A stretch of DNA of 32,000 nucleotides from Acaryochloris marina MBIC11017 (GTDB lineage Bacteria > Cyanobacteriota > Cyanobacteriia > Thermosynechococcales > Thermosynechococcaceae): NCBI RefSeq assembly GCF_000018105.1, contig NC_009925.1, positions 510,001-542,000 of the forward strand. The letters are read 5' to 3'. The position numbers and the translations under genes were made by a program. Shown here piece after piece: positions 16,856-25,122 of the stretch (position 1 is the first letter of the stretch; each line of letters opens with the position of its first letter). Under the pieces are notes generated by a model. That model ran no database searches. It saw nothing but the letters and a program-made list of their open reading frames with translations, and had not been told where the DNA came from.

Positions 16856-18406
16856 TTATAGCCGAACGCGTTGCCAGTTCTGGACTCCGCCAAACCGATA
16901 ACGAGCTGGCCACTCCACATATTTCAGTAAATCCATCAGACTGGACACATCTTTTGGCACCGCGATTCCAGCTGTGATTCTTGAATTGGCCAAGGGATAA
17001 TAGGTGTTTTTGGGTTGATCATAGTTGGTGCCATTGAAGCCATTGAGAAAGTTCACATCCCGGTGAACTTCCTGATCCTTGAGGGCCAAGATGGCTTCCA
17101 TCCATAACACCCCCTCAACATTCGTATTTCGTCCACCTGGACAACCTGGACCGCTGGTCAGCAACCTTAATTCGTCAATCGGGAACCAGAGAAAGGCATT
17201 TTGGATGCAGCTACGGTCATAGAGGTTCACTTGACTATTTCCCCTAGCCAGAATGCGCAGATCGCCGACCTGAGGGGGTTGATCGTCTGTCCGAACATTA
17301 AGGATTTTGGCATTATCTCGCAGGGTAATGGCTAGCTCTGGATCGGTCCCCCCATACACAACATCAATTTGGACTGGACCTCCCGTGGTATCAACGGTCA
17401 AGACGTCATCATTACCTAAATCAATACTTTCGACGCGATAGAGGGTTGGGGACATGCCTCCTACCCCTCTCAGGGTCGTACTGGAAGTGATACGACCGAA
17501 GTTGGTTCCTTGAATCGTCGTCGGTAGCTTAGGGGGTAAGTTACAGGCAAAGATTTTTCCTTCTACCGTATCGATGGGACTGCCATCCGCCTCAAAATCT
17601 TCCTCATTGGTCGACCAGATGGCATTCAAATAATCATTCCGACTTAGATCTCCTGGGGCGGCACTGTTGGTTAGGGCATCATTGGCTGAGCCGTCAGGGT
17701 TGTAGTAGATATTCCCCTTGCTTCCTAGAACCTCTCGACCTCTGAGCGCCAAGGTCCCCGTCTTAAAAGCTCCATTCGTATTGCGGGAGACGATAATACC
17801 GGGAAAATTGTCTAAATCTGGGGTTACATTAATTGTGATCACGATTCCCGTGGTCTGATCATTGGTGGTTGCTTCTACGAATAATGTGCCTTGCTGCCGT
17901 TTGGGATCATAACGATAGGCCTTCAGAGTGTAGGTGCCATTCACACCGATAGGACCGGAAAACTTAAAATCAGGAGCCCCCCAGTTCATCTGCTGGTGGC
18001 AGGGTTGATTACTGGGGTCATAGCTGGTCCATTCATCAATGGGCTCTGTCTCTTCATCTCCACTATTGAAGATTCCATCTGAGCCTAAATAGGTTTTACC
18101 CGTTTGGGGATTAATTGTGTCGTAATTACGGTTGAGCAAAATGGCGTTGTTGGGGACTGTAAGCTGGGCTAAAGTCCTTGCCATTCCTCCTTCTGCGGTC
18201 GATAAGCTGGCACCCGATTCTTTCCGTTGCCAAGACGTTATGCGATCGCTTTGGGCGGTCATCATCATCGTGAGTCCCAGCACTACCATCACAAAGCCCA
18301 AACCCAAAGCCAGTGGTAAAGCAAAGCCGGCATCCCTGCGGTTGGTCGATTGTCTCTGCTGTAACCACCAACGAATCACTGTTGCGGTAAAGGGATTTAG
18401 GGGCAT
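16856..18406 (-). CDS. Large PilX-N-type pilus-associated protein, paralog A (516 aa)
   Basis: The ATG at 18406 is preceded by GAGGAGGA 7 nt upstream. The N-terminal segment is RRDAGFALPLALGLGFVMVVLGLTMMMTAQSDR. It shares blocks with paralog B (DTINPxTGxTYLGxDGIxNSGDEET..IDEWT, LKAYRY, DYLNAI, VGDLRI, LYDxSCI, PxDVSSL, WQRVRL). Confidence 0.85.
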   Translation of the reverse strand: MPLNPFTATVIRWWLQQRQSTNRRDAGFALPLALGLGFVMVVLGLTMMMTAQSDRITSWQRKESGASLSTAEGGMARTLAQLTVPNNAILLNRNYDTINPQTGKTYLGSDGIFNSGDEETEPIDEWTSYDPSNQPCHQQMNWGAPDFKFSGPIGVNGTYTLKAYRYDPKRQQGTLFVEATTNDQTTGIVITINVTPDLDNFPGIIVSRNTNGAFKTGTLALRGREVLGSKGNIYYNPDGSANDALTNSAAPGDLSRNDYLNAIWSTNEEDFEADGSPIDTVEGKIFACNLPPKLPTTIQGTNFGRITSSTTLRGVGGMSPTLYRVESIDLGNDDVLTVDTTGGPVQIDVVYGGTDPELAITLRDNAKILNVRTDDQPPQVGDLRILARGNSQVNLYDRSCIQNAFLWFPIDELRLLTSGPGCPGGRNTNVEGVLWMEAILALKDQEVHRDVNFLNGFNGTNYDQPKNTYYPLANSRITAGIAVPKDVSSLMDLLKYVEWPARYRFGGVQNWQRVRL

Positions 18407-18830
18407 CCGTTCGTCCTCCTCTGCAAAGGCAGAGAAATGGCTTGAAACGTCCCCATATCAGGCTTTTTGATCACGCCGCTAGCATGATACCGATCACTGC
18501 AATATGCTTCAAACCCAGCCATAGTAAACCTAGAGGAGGTCAGCAGTTCAACTAAACATTACCCAAAAGCCGGAGCCATAAAACGCTCATATCCGTCACT
18601 TTAACTTATGGAGGGATGAAAATAGAGTGATTCTTAATTTCGTCTCAACATCAAGAAATTAAACCTATTTTGTAGGTATAAGTGGTCAGGGTTGAGTCAT
18701 TTTAGGTGCATTCTGAATCTTTAGGTGTATTGAACTCATCTGTGCCAGACCATAAATAGGTGTCAGCATTGCTAGAACGCCGTGCCATAGTGGCACAATC
18801 CCAATTGACGAATAATTTTTGGAGTGGAAT

Positions 18831-19232
18831 ATGTCGAGAAGCAAATCAATCCTATCTTTAGGAAGTTGCGCCTTTGTTGCGCTCAGCGCAATCTTACCCT
18901 TTGGGGCGCATGCCCAAGCAGATCCTTCACAGTTAGGAATTCCTGAAGAGACAACATTTGCTATCATCACGCGGATGAGTGATACTGTTGCCGCCCGTAT
19001 CTCAGCCTCCTCCTGCAAAGATACTCGCGATCTGTTGAAAGAGATGCGTAAGAGCAAGGGTAGCAAAACCTCAGAGCTATCTCTAGAAGGTCAATTACTG
19101 GCCTCTGCCCGTACCCAACCGAAATTACAGCAAGTTGTAGCCAATCGTGTTGGCACAGCCTTGGCCCTCAAGCTGATGGAGTGCAATATGATGAATCCTG
19201 ATACTCTAGGGGCCTTGTTTGATAAGAAGTAG
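18831..19232 (+). CDS. Hypothetical small secreted protein (133 aa)
   Basis: The ATG at 18831 has GGAG 6 nt upstream, and the track ORF starts at a TTG at 18819. The signal peptide is MSRSKSILSLGSCAFVALSAILPFGAHA/QADP. I recognise no family. Confidence 0.55.
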   Translation: MSRSKSILSLGSCAFVALSAILPFGAHAQADPSQLGIPEETTFAIITRMSDTVAARISASSCKDTRDLLKEMRKSKGSKTSELSLEGQLLASARTQPKLQQVVANRVGTALALKLMECNMMNPDTLGALFDKK

Positions 19233-20564
19233 TTAGACCACCACTTGGTTTTCGACAACATTTTGTTGAGCCTGGTGGACTCGATTTCGACCTGAAGTCT
19301 TAGCACCATAGAGCGCCTGATCGGCTTGTTTGATCAGGTGCTCTTTGGTTTGGGCATCACCAGGGAAGGTGGCAACCCCTAGGCTGGCCGTCATCTCTAT
19401 TTGCTGCAAGGAGGGTAGAATAATCGCTTCCTCGGCAATGGCTAGACGGATCCGATCTGCGATCGCAACACTATCATCATGATTGGTCTTGGGCAGAATG
19501 ACCGCAAATTCTTCGCCACCATACCGGCAGACAATATCCCCAGGTCGCACTTCGCGCTGTAGAAGTTGAGCCACCTCACAAAGGGCCAAATCTCCGGCCT
19601 GATGGCCATAGGTATCATTGAGCTGCTTGAAATGATCAATATCCACCATGATCAGCGAAACTTGATCGGTATTGCGCTGGGATTTCTCGACTTCCACCCT
19701 CAACCAGCGATTAAATTCCCGCCGATTGTAAACTTCCGTTAGCCCATCCAATGTTGCTAAACGGTATAAGTCTTGTTGGCTTTGCTCCAGCTTGGTCGCC
19801 ATTAAGTTAAAGGTTGCGGCCAAATGACTAAATTCAGCGTCAGCGGCCAAAGAAATCCGATGGCTCAAATCTCCCTTGCCTAATTTCTCAACCCCGTCCT
19901 CCAAAGATTGAAGGGGGACTGTAATGGACCGAGTGAGTCCATAGGCAAACACGACTGCTAGCATCAAAGCCAAACCGCAAATCATGGCGATCATCTGTCT
20001 AACTTCTTTGCGCACGGCTTCTGCGTGGTTGGCATTGGCATCATTTTGAAATGCAATTAACCGATAATTCAGTTGTTGGACATTCTGCAAAATCATTTTC
20101 AGCTGTTCTTGCAGCTCAACTCTGGCAGGTTCTGACAAGCCCTTTCCCGATTGAGCAACCGAAGGATCCAAGATTTGTTGACACAGCTGGGAAATTCGAT
20201 GCCATTTTCGTTGTATTTCCTGTACAGAATTAAATTTGTGTGGATCCTGGTGGGAGAATTCTAGGAGCCTGGCCAAACTCGCTTCAATCGCTTGACTTTT
20301 AAGCTGATACTCACTCCACGTTATGGAGCGAGATGGTTCCACCGGTGAGGCCACCACATTTAAATCTAGAAGTAACCCCTCAACATGGGCTAGGGGGAAC
20401 AAGGCTTCTCGACCTACATTATCGTGCTTACGAAAGCTATCCAATGCCCCTTCAAAGGAAATAACTGCCCCTGCCGCTAACATCAGTAAGGGCACAAGCA
20501 TGGTCCCTAAACCCAGCCGAAGACGCTGGTTTAGAGAGGTTTTAGGCGTGGACCAAAAGGGCAT
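19233..20564 (-). CDS. Membrane-bound sensor diguanylate cyclase (TM-sensor-TM-HAMP-GGDEF)
   Basis: Two TM segments (LGLGTMLVPLLMLAAGAVISF and MIAMICGLALMLAVVFAYGL) bracket a ~170-aa extracytoplasmic region. A HAMP-like segment follows. The GGDEF domain has the active site RYGGEEF and an RxxD I-site (RPGD) five residues upstream. Confidence 0.9.
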   Translation of the reverse strand: MPFWSTPKTSLNQRLRLGLGTMLVPLLMLAAGAVISFEGALDSFRKHDNVGREALFPLAHVEGLLLDLNVVASPVEPSRSITWSEYQLKSQAIEASLARLLEFSHQDPHKFNSVQEIQRKWHRISQLCQQILDPSVAQSGKGLSEPARVELQEQLKMILQNVQQLNYRLIAFQNDANANHAEAVRKEVRQMIAMICGLALMLAVVFAYGLTRSITVPLQSLEDGVEKLGKGDLSHRISLAADAEFSHLAATFNLMATKLEQSQQDLYRLATLDGLTEVYNRREFNRWLRVEVEKSQRNTDQVSLIMVDIDHFKQLNDTYGHQAGDLALCEVAQLLQREVRPGDIVCRYGGEEFAVILPKTNHDDSVAIADRIRLAIAEEAIILPSLQQIEMTASLGVATFPGDAQTKEHLIKQADQALYGAKTSGRNRVHQAQQNVVENQVVV

Positions 20565-20575
20565 GGAAGTACTGC

Positions 20576-22939
20576 TTATTCTGCAATCGGTAGAGACAAG
20601 CTCATGGGACTAGACAGGGTAGCAATAACCTGTTGGGCTGCCTCCGGTTGAAGAGGACGAGCAAACCAATAGCCTTGTCCAAGCTCACACCCTAAGGTGT
20701 GGAGATATTGCATTTGTTCTATCGTTTCAATCCCTTCTGCCACAACATTCATCTCTAGGCCATGGGCAAGAGCAATAATGGTTTTGACAATTTGATCTTG
20801 CCCTTGGCCAATGCCCCAAACAAACGATCGATCGATTTTGAGGGTATTAATGGGCAAGTTATACAGATAATTCAAGGATGAATATCCGGTGCCAAAATCA
20901 TCCAAACTGAGGGAAATTCCTAAGTTTTGCAATTGCTCTAGTCGATCGGTGACGTAGTGAGTGGACTCCATTAACACCGTTTCGGTAATTTCCAGTTTGA
21001 GATGGTGACCAGCCAGCTGGTGCGACTGCATTAAAGATTCAACAGACTGGACGAAATTAGGTTGCAGAAACTGTTGACTCGACACGTTAATACTCATGGT
21101 TAACGGTACGGAAAATTCCTGTTCCCATACCGCGAGTTGTTGACAAGCAGCTTTTAAAACCCACTGCCCCAGCGGAATAATCAGCCCCGTTTCCTCAGCC
21201 ACAGGAATAAACTTCTCGGGGGAGATCAGGCCTTGTTGGGGATGATGCCATCGCAATAGCGCTTCAAAACCGATCAGCCGCTGTTGCCGCAAACAGAAAA
21301 TGGGCTGATACTGCAATAGAAAGGGATTCTGTCCTTGTTCAATCGCTTTGACCGCATATCTAAGACTATTGCCTAACCATAAGCGAGAGCGAACTTGCTT
21401 ATGCATGGTCTCATCGAAGACTACATACCCCCCGCGACCGTGGGCTTTGGCACGATACATGGCCGTATCTGCATCTCGCAGTAGTTCTTCAGGATGTTGA
21501 TACAGGCTGGTGGAGTGGGTAATCCCAATACTGACTGAAGTAAACACTTCTTGCTGATTGAGCTTTAGGGGCTTAGCCAGGGACCGCTGGATACGTTGAA
21601 CAATCTTATGGGCCTGTTGATGATTGACGACTCCATCCAGGAGAATGGCAAACTCATCTCCTCCCAAGCGAGCCAGCAAATCCTGAGGACGCAAACTCTC
21701 CTTAAGCTGTTGGGCAATCGCAACAAGAAGCTGATCCCCCACGCTATGCCCCAAGCTGTCATTGACAAGCTTGAAGTGATCGACATCCAGAAACAAAATG
21801 GCAAAATGGCAAAGCTCTGCCTGACGAGAGTATCCCTCTAATTGCTGGCGCTGAACCTGTTGTAACTTCCGTTGAAGCTGCTCATAGAAATAGTCTCGGC
21901 TAGGTAAACCTGTCAGGTTATCAAATAGCGCCTTTTGTTTTAATTGCTCAGCCGTCCGATGTCCCTCCATCGCAATACTCGCCAAATGGGTGGCGGTTTT
22001 AATGATGTTGAGATGATGAGCGGTGGGGGAACAGGGAACTTGATGAGATAAGGCAAAGGTTCCTAATAGATCTCCAGACTGTGAGAAGAAAGGGGTTGAC
22101 CAACAGGCAAGAATATTATGTTGTTGGGCAAATTCTCGAAAGTCCACCCAGACGGGATCGCGTTGCGTGTCTTCTACATAAACAGCCTGGCCACGAAAGG
22201 CGGCAGTCCCACAGGAGCCCGCATTTTCGGCAATTATTAAATGATCAAAGGCAGCGGCCACTTCCGAGGACAAACTGGGACCTGCTCCCATGCGTAGTTC
22301 CGGTTGATGAGCATCCCGTAAAAGGATAGAACAGACCGTCCCTGGAGACTGACTCTCAATCAATAGACACAAACTGTTGAGAATCGCATCTAGACCTTGC
22401 CCCGTTGCTACATTTTCCAAAATTTGGGTTTGGGTTTGCAGCAGCATTTCTGAACGTTTGCGCTGAATGGCTGTTGCTAATACCTGGGCCACACAGTTAA
22501 CAAAATTGCGATCCTCTTTATTCCAATTCTGAGGGTCGGGGGTCAAAATCTCCAGTAATCCCAGGGGACGATCTGGCCCAGGAATCGGAATACAAAGGCC
22601 GCTTATTCCATGGGGTTGTGTCAGGGGGAGTTGTTCGGATTGCCTGGCAATAACGGCTGTTTGCCCCGTTTGCATCAATGTCTGTAACCACGGATAGTCT
22701 CGGCTATCGATATCAGTGGAGTCCCCTAGGAGGGACGCTTTTTGTTTCGCTACTAACCGCAGAGTGTTGCTATCAGAGAGGACTTGCCACAAACTACAGT
22801 CTGAGATCGGCAAGTGGTGACTCATTAGTGCGATCGCATCCAGGTACAAGTCAGTTAAGCTAAACCCGGACAACGCCTTCTGCCCTAGTTCAGTGAGTTC
22901 TGACTGTCTATCTAGAGGATTTGTCGCAAAGTCATTCAT
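20576..22939 (-). CDS. GAF-GAF-GGDEF-EAL c-di-GMP turnover protein (787 aa)
   Basis: Two GAF-like regions come first. The GGDEF domain has RLGGDEF and an RPQD I-site. The EAL domain has GFEALLRW, ELEITE and LDDFGTGYSSL. It lies 11 bp upstream of the diguanylate cyclase gene on the same strand. Confidence 0.9.
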   Translation of the reverse strand: MNDFATNPLDRQSELTELGQKALSGFSLTDLYLDAIALMSHHLPISDCSLWQVLSDSNTLRLVAKQKASLLGDSTDIDSRDYPWLQTLMQTGQTAVIARQSEQLPLTQPHGISGLCIPIPGPDRPLGLLEILTPDPQNWNKEDRNFVNCVAQVLATAIQRKRSEMLLQTQTQILENVATGQGLDAILNSLCLLIESQSPGTVCSILLRDAHQPELRMGAGPSLSSEVAAAFDHLIIAENAGSCGTAAFRGQAVYVEDTQRDPVWVDFREFAQQHNILACWSTPFFSQSGDLLGTFALSHQVPCSPTAHHLNIIKTATHLASIAMEGHRTAEQLKQKALFDNLTGLPSRDYFYEQLQRKLQQVQRQQLEGYSRQAELCHFAILFLDVDHFKLVNDSLGHSVGDQLLVAIAQQLKESLRPQDLLARLGGDEFAILLDGVVNHQQAHKIVQRIQRSLAKPLKLNQQEVFTSVSIGITHSTSLYQHPEELLRDADTAMYRAKAHGRGGYVVFDETMHKQVRSRLWLGNSLRYAVKAIEQGQNPFLLQYQPIFCLRQQRLIGFEALLRWHHPQQGLISPEKFIPVAEETGLIIPLGQWVLKAACQQLAVWEQEFSVPLTMSINVSSQQFLQPNFVQSVESLMQSHQLAGHHLKLEITETVLMESTHYVTDRLEQLQNLGISLSLDDFGTGYSSLNYLYNLPINTLKIDRSFVWGIGQGQDQIVKTIIALAHGLEMNVVAEGIETIEQMQYLHTLGCELGQGYWFARPLQPEAAQQVIATLSSPMSLSLPIAE

Positions 22940-23477
22940 AAAACCAACGATTCAAATGTGGGAACTGTTAGATATGCAGTTGGATCACAAGGGTTCATAA
23001 AACTAAGGTTGGACATACACCACCCAATTTGTGGCAGTAGATGATTTCACTGTCCTAAATCCTAGCCAATTCTATTGAAAGAGAAATATGTAAATCTACT
23101 GAAATTTCCTTTACAAAGATATTCATGTTTCAAACTGACCGCTTCATACAATTCTCTGGCGGTTGATGTAGTTCAATTTTTATGGCTCACAAAATAGCTC
23201 AGATCATAAAGAGAAGTCTGGACAAATTATTTAGTCATCGAAGGGAATCAATAGCGAAGCTTTAAAGTATAGATATTATTAAGGGTAGCTATATTGTTAT
23301 AGTTTTCTATGTCTCTGTGGCTCTAAACTTATATGATTGATGAACTTTTTAGGGCATTAGTATCATTTGAGTCAAAGCTACTATTCTATAAAAAGAAATA
23401 GTCTTCTATTTTGAGAATCTCAATTTTGGCAGAACTAAAAAAGTCCATAAAACGAAATCTTTATGGTTGACATTCAT

Positions 23478-23505
23478 AAAAAAGAGAGGCCTATAGGCCT
23501 CTCTT
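23478..23505 (-). terminator. Rho-independent terminator downstream of hemL
   Basis: The perfect 9-10 bp stem is AGAGAGGCC-TATA-GGCCTCTCT (23483-23504). On the minus strand a T5 run follows it (A-run 23478-23482 on +). It lies ~55 nt after the hemL stop. Confidence 0.6.
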
Positions 23506-23560
23506 GAATGATTTTTTAAAGATAGTATTTCGCTGATGAAATCAACTTCTCAATTAAAGA

Positions 23561-24859
23561 TTAGATATTAGCCAATACAACTTTGGCTGCTTCTAAGGTT
23601 TGGTCGATATCTGCATCAGTATGAGCTAAGGAGGTAAAACCTGCCTCAAATTGGGAAGGCGCTAAATAAACCCCTTGTTCCAACATTCCCCGATGGAATT
23701 TAGCGAACTTAGCTGCATCAGCGGCCTTCGCATCGTCATAGCTATGGACCGGGCCAGGAGCAAAGAACATGCCAAACATGCCGTTGATATGCCCCCCACA
23801 CACCTCATGGCCTGCTTCCCGAGCAATCTGCAACAATCCAGAGATTAACTTGCCGGTCACCCGATCTAATTGATCGTAAGTTCCTGAACGTCTGAGCAAT
23901 TCTAATGTTTTGATTCCTGCTGTCATCGCCAAGGGATTACCGGACAACGTACCCGCTTGATACATGGGGCCTGCCGGAGCAACCATACTCATAATGTCTC
24001 GACGTCCGCCATATGCACCCACGGGCAGGCCGCCCCCAATGACTTTACCTAAGGTCGTTAAATCGGGGGTAATGCCAAACTTCTCTTGAGCGCCGCCATA
24101 GGAGATGCGAAAGCCGGTCATGACTTCGTCAAAAACCAGTAAAGCGCCATTCTCTTTGGTAATTTCTCGGAGGCCTTCTAAGAACCCGGCATCTGGTGGA
24201 ATAAACCCAGCATTACCGACGACTGGTTCTAAGATCACCCCAGCAATCTGATCGGGGTGCTGGGAGAATAGGGCTTGTACGGACTGTAAGTCGTTGTAGG
24301 GAGCCGTTAGGGTATTTCCCGTTACGGATTTGGGCACACCGGGCGAATCCGGTAGCCCCAAAGTTGCCACACCAGAGCCAGCCTTGACCAAAAACATATC
24401 AGCATGGCCGTGATAGCAGCCTTCGAATTTGATCACTTTTTCCCGGCCAGTGAAGGCTCTCATCAGTCTCAGGACGGACATACAAGCTTCAGTTCCTGAG
24501 TTCACAAAGCGGACCACTTCCACGCTGGGAACGGCATCAATGACCATTTCAGCTAGTACGTTTTCCAACAAGCAGGGAGCGCCAAAGCTAGTGCCTTTGT
24601 CTAAGGCTTCCTTGAGAGCCGTAAGGACTTCAGGATGGGCATGACCACAAATTGCGGGTCCCCAGGTGCCGACGTAATCAATATATTGATTGCCATCAAC
24701 ATCCCATACATGAGCCCCTTTAACCCGATCAAAAACAATGGGTTGGCCGCCCACAGATTTGAATGCGCGGACCGGTGAACTTACGCCACCAGGCATCAAT
24801 TTTTGCGCTGCCGCAAAAATCTCCTCTGACTTTGTTGTATTTAAGGTGTCAGTAAGCAA
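23561..24859 (-). CDS. hemL: Glutamate-1-semialdehyde 2,1-aminomutase
   Basis: It appears colinear with cyanobacterial HemL as I recall it ([37 protein letters not shown]..., [40 protein letters not shown]). The track ORF starts at a GTG at 24925. I prefer the TTG at 24859, which gives 432 aa and has TAAGGAG 6 nt upstream. Confidence 0.93.
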   Translation of the reverse strand: MLTDTLNTTKSEEIFAAAQKLMPGGVSSPVRAFKSVGGQPIVFDRVKGAHVWDVDGNQYIDYVGTWGPAICGHAHPEVLTALKEALDKGTSFGAPCLLENVLAEMVIDAVPSVEVVRFVNSGTEACMSVLRLMRAFTGREKVIKFEGCYHGHADMFLVKAGSGVATLGLPDSPGVPKSVTGNTLTAPYNDLQSVQALFSQHPDQIAGVILEPVVGNAGFIPPDAGFLEGLREITKENGALLVFDEVMTGFRISYGGAQEKFGITPDLTTLGKVIGGGLPVGAYGGRRDIMSMVAPAGPMYQAGTLSGNPLAMTAGIKTLELLRRSGTYDQLDRVTGKLISGLLQIAREAGHEVCGGHINGMFGMFFAPGPVHSYDDAKAADAAKFAKFHRGMLEQGVYLAPSQFEAGFTSLAHTDADIDQTLEAAKVVLANI

Positions 24860-25122
24860 CGTTTTCTCCTTAAGATCAGCTGACTCGCTGAATGGTTGAA
24901 TGATCAAGGCCTTTGAAAGGTGCACTCAGCAAATTCATGCTTAAGCCCTATCAACATAGTCTTTCATTCTACTGTTTCACTCTATATGGATCAAAACTAT
25001 TGAAGGTTGGTCTACATTCTTCAAGTTTGAAGCGGTAAAACGTAAACAATTGAAAAATTTTATACATGAGTAGTAAAAATTACGATCCAGCCTCTGACTG
25101 GCCTCAAGGCAAAGAATGGTGC

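Noticed and set aside
18686-19066. ORF 18686-19066 (-), antisense to the small secreted-protein gene
   Set aside because: The + strand ORF has an ATG, a GGAG Shine-Dalgarno and a textbook signal peptide. The minus ORF has none of these.
22935-23485. A recurring TCATAAAAC-like motif (near 22937, 22996, 23448 and 23473) in the AT-rich intergenic region
   Set aside because: The copies are short and imperfect, in very AT-rich DNA. This is within chance expectation and there is no consistent spacing or partner element.
3298-24859. chlD and hemL in one window as a possible tetrapyrrole gene cluster
   Set aside because: They are 18 kb apart, separated by IS elements, pilus-like genes and c-di-GMP genes, and are in separate transcription units. 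The co-occurrence looks coincidental.
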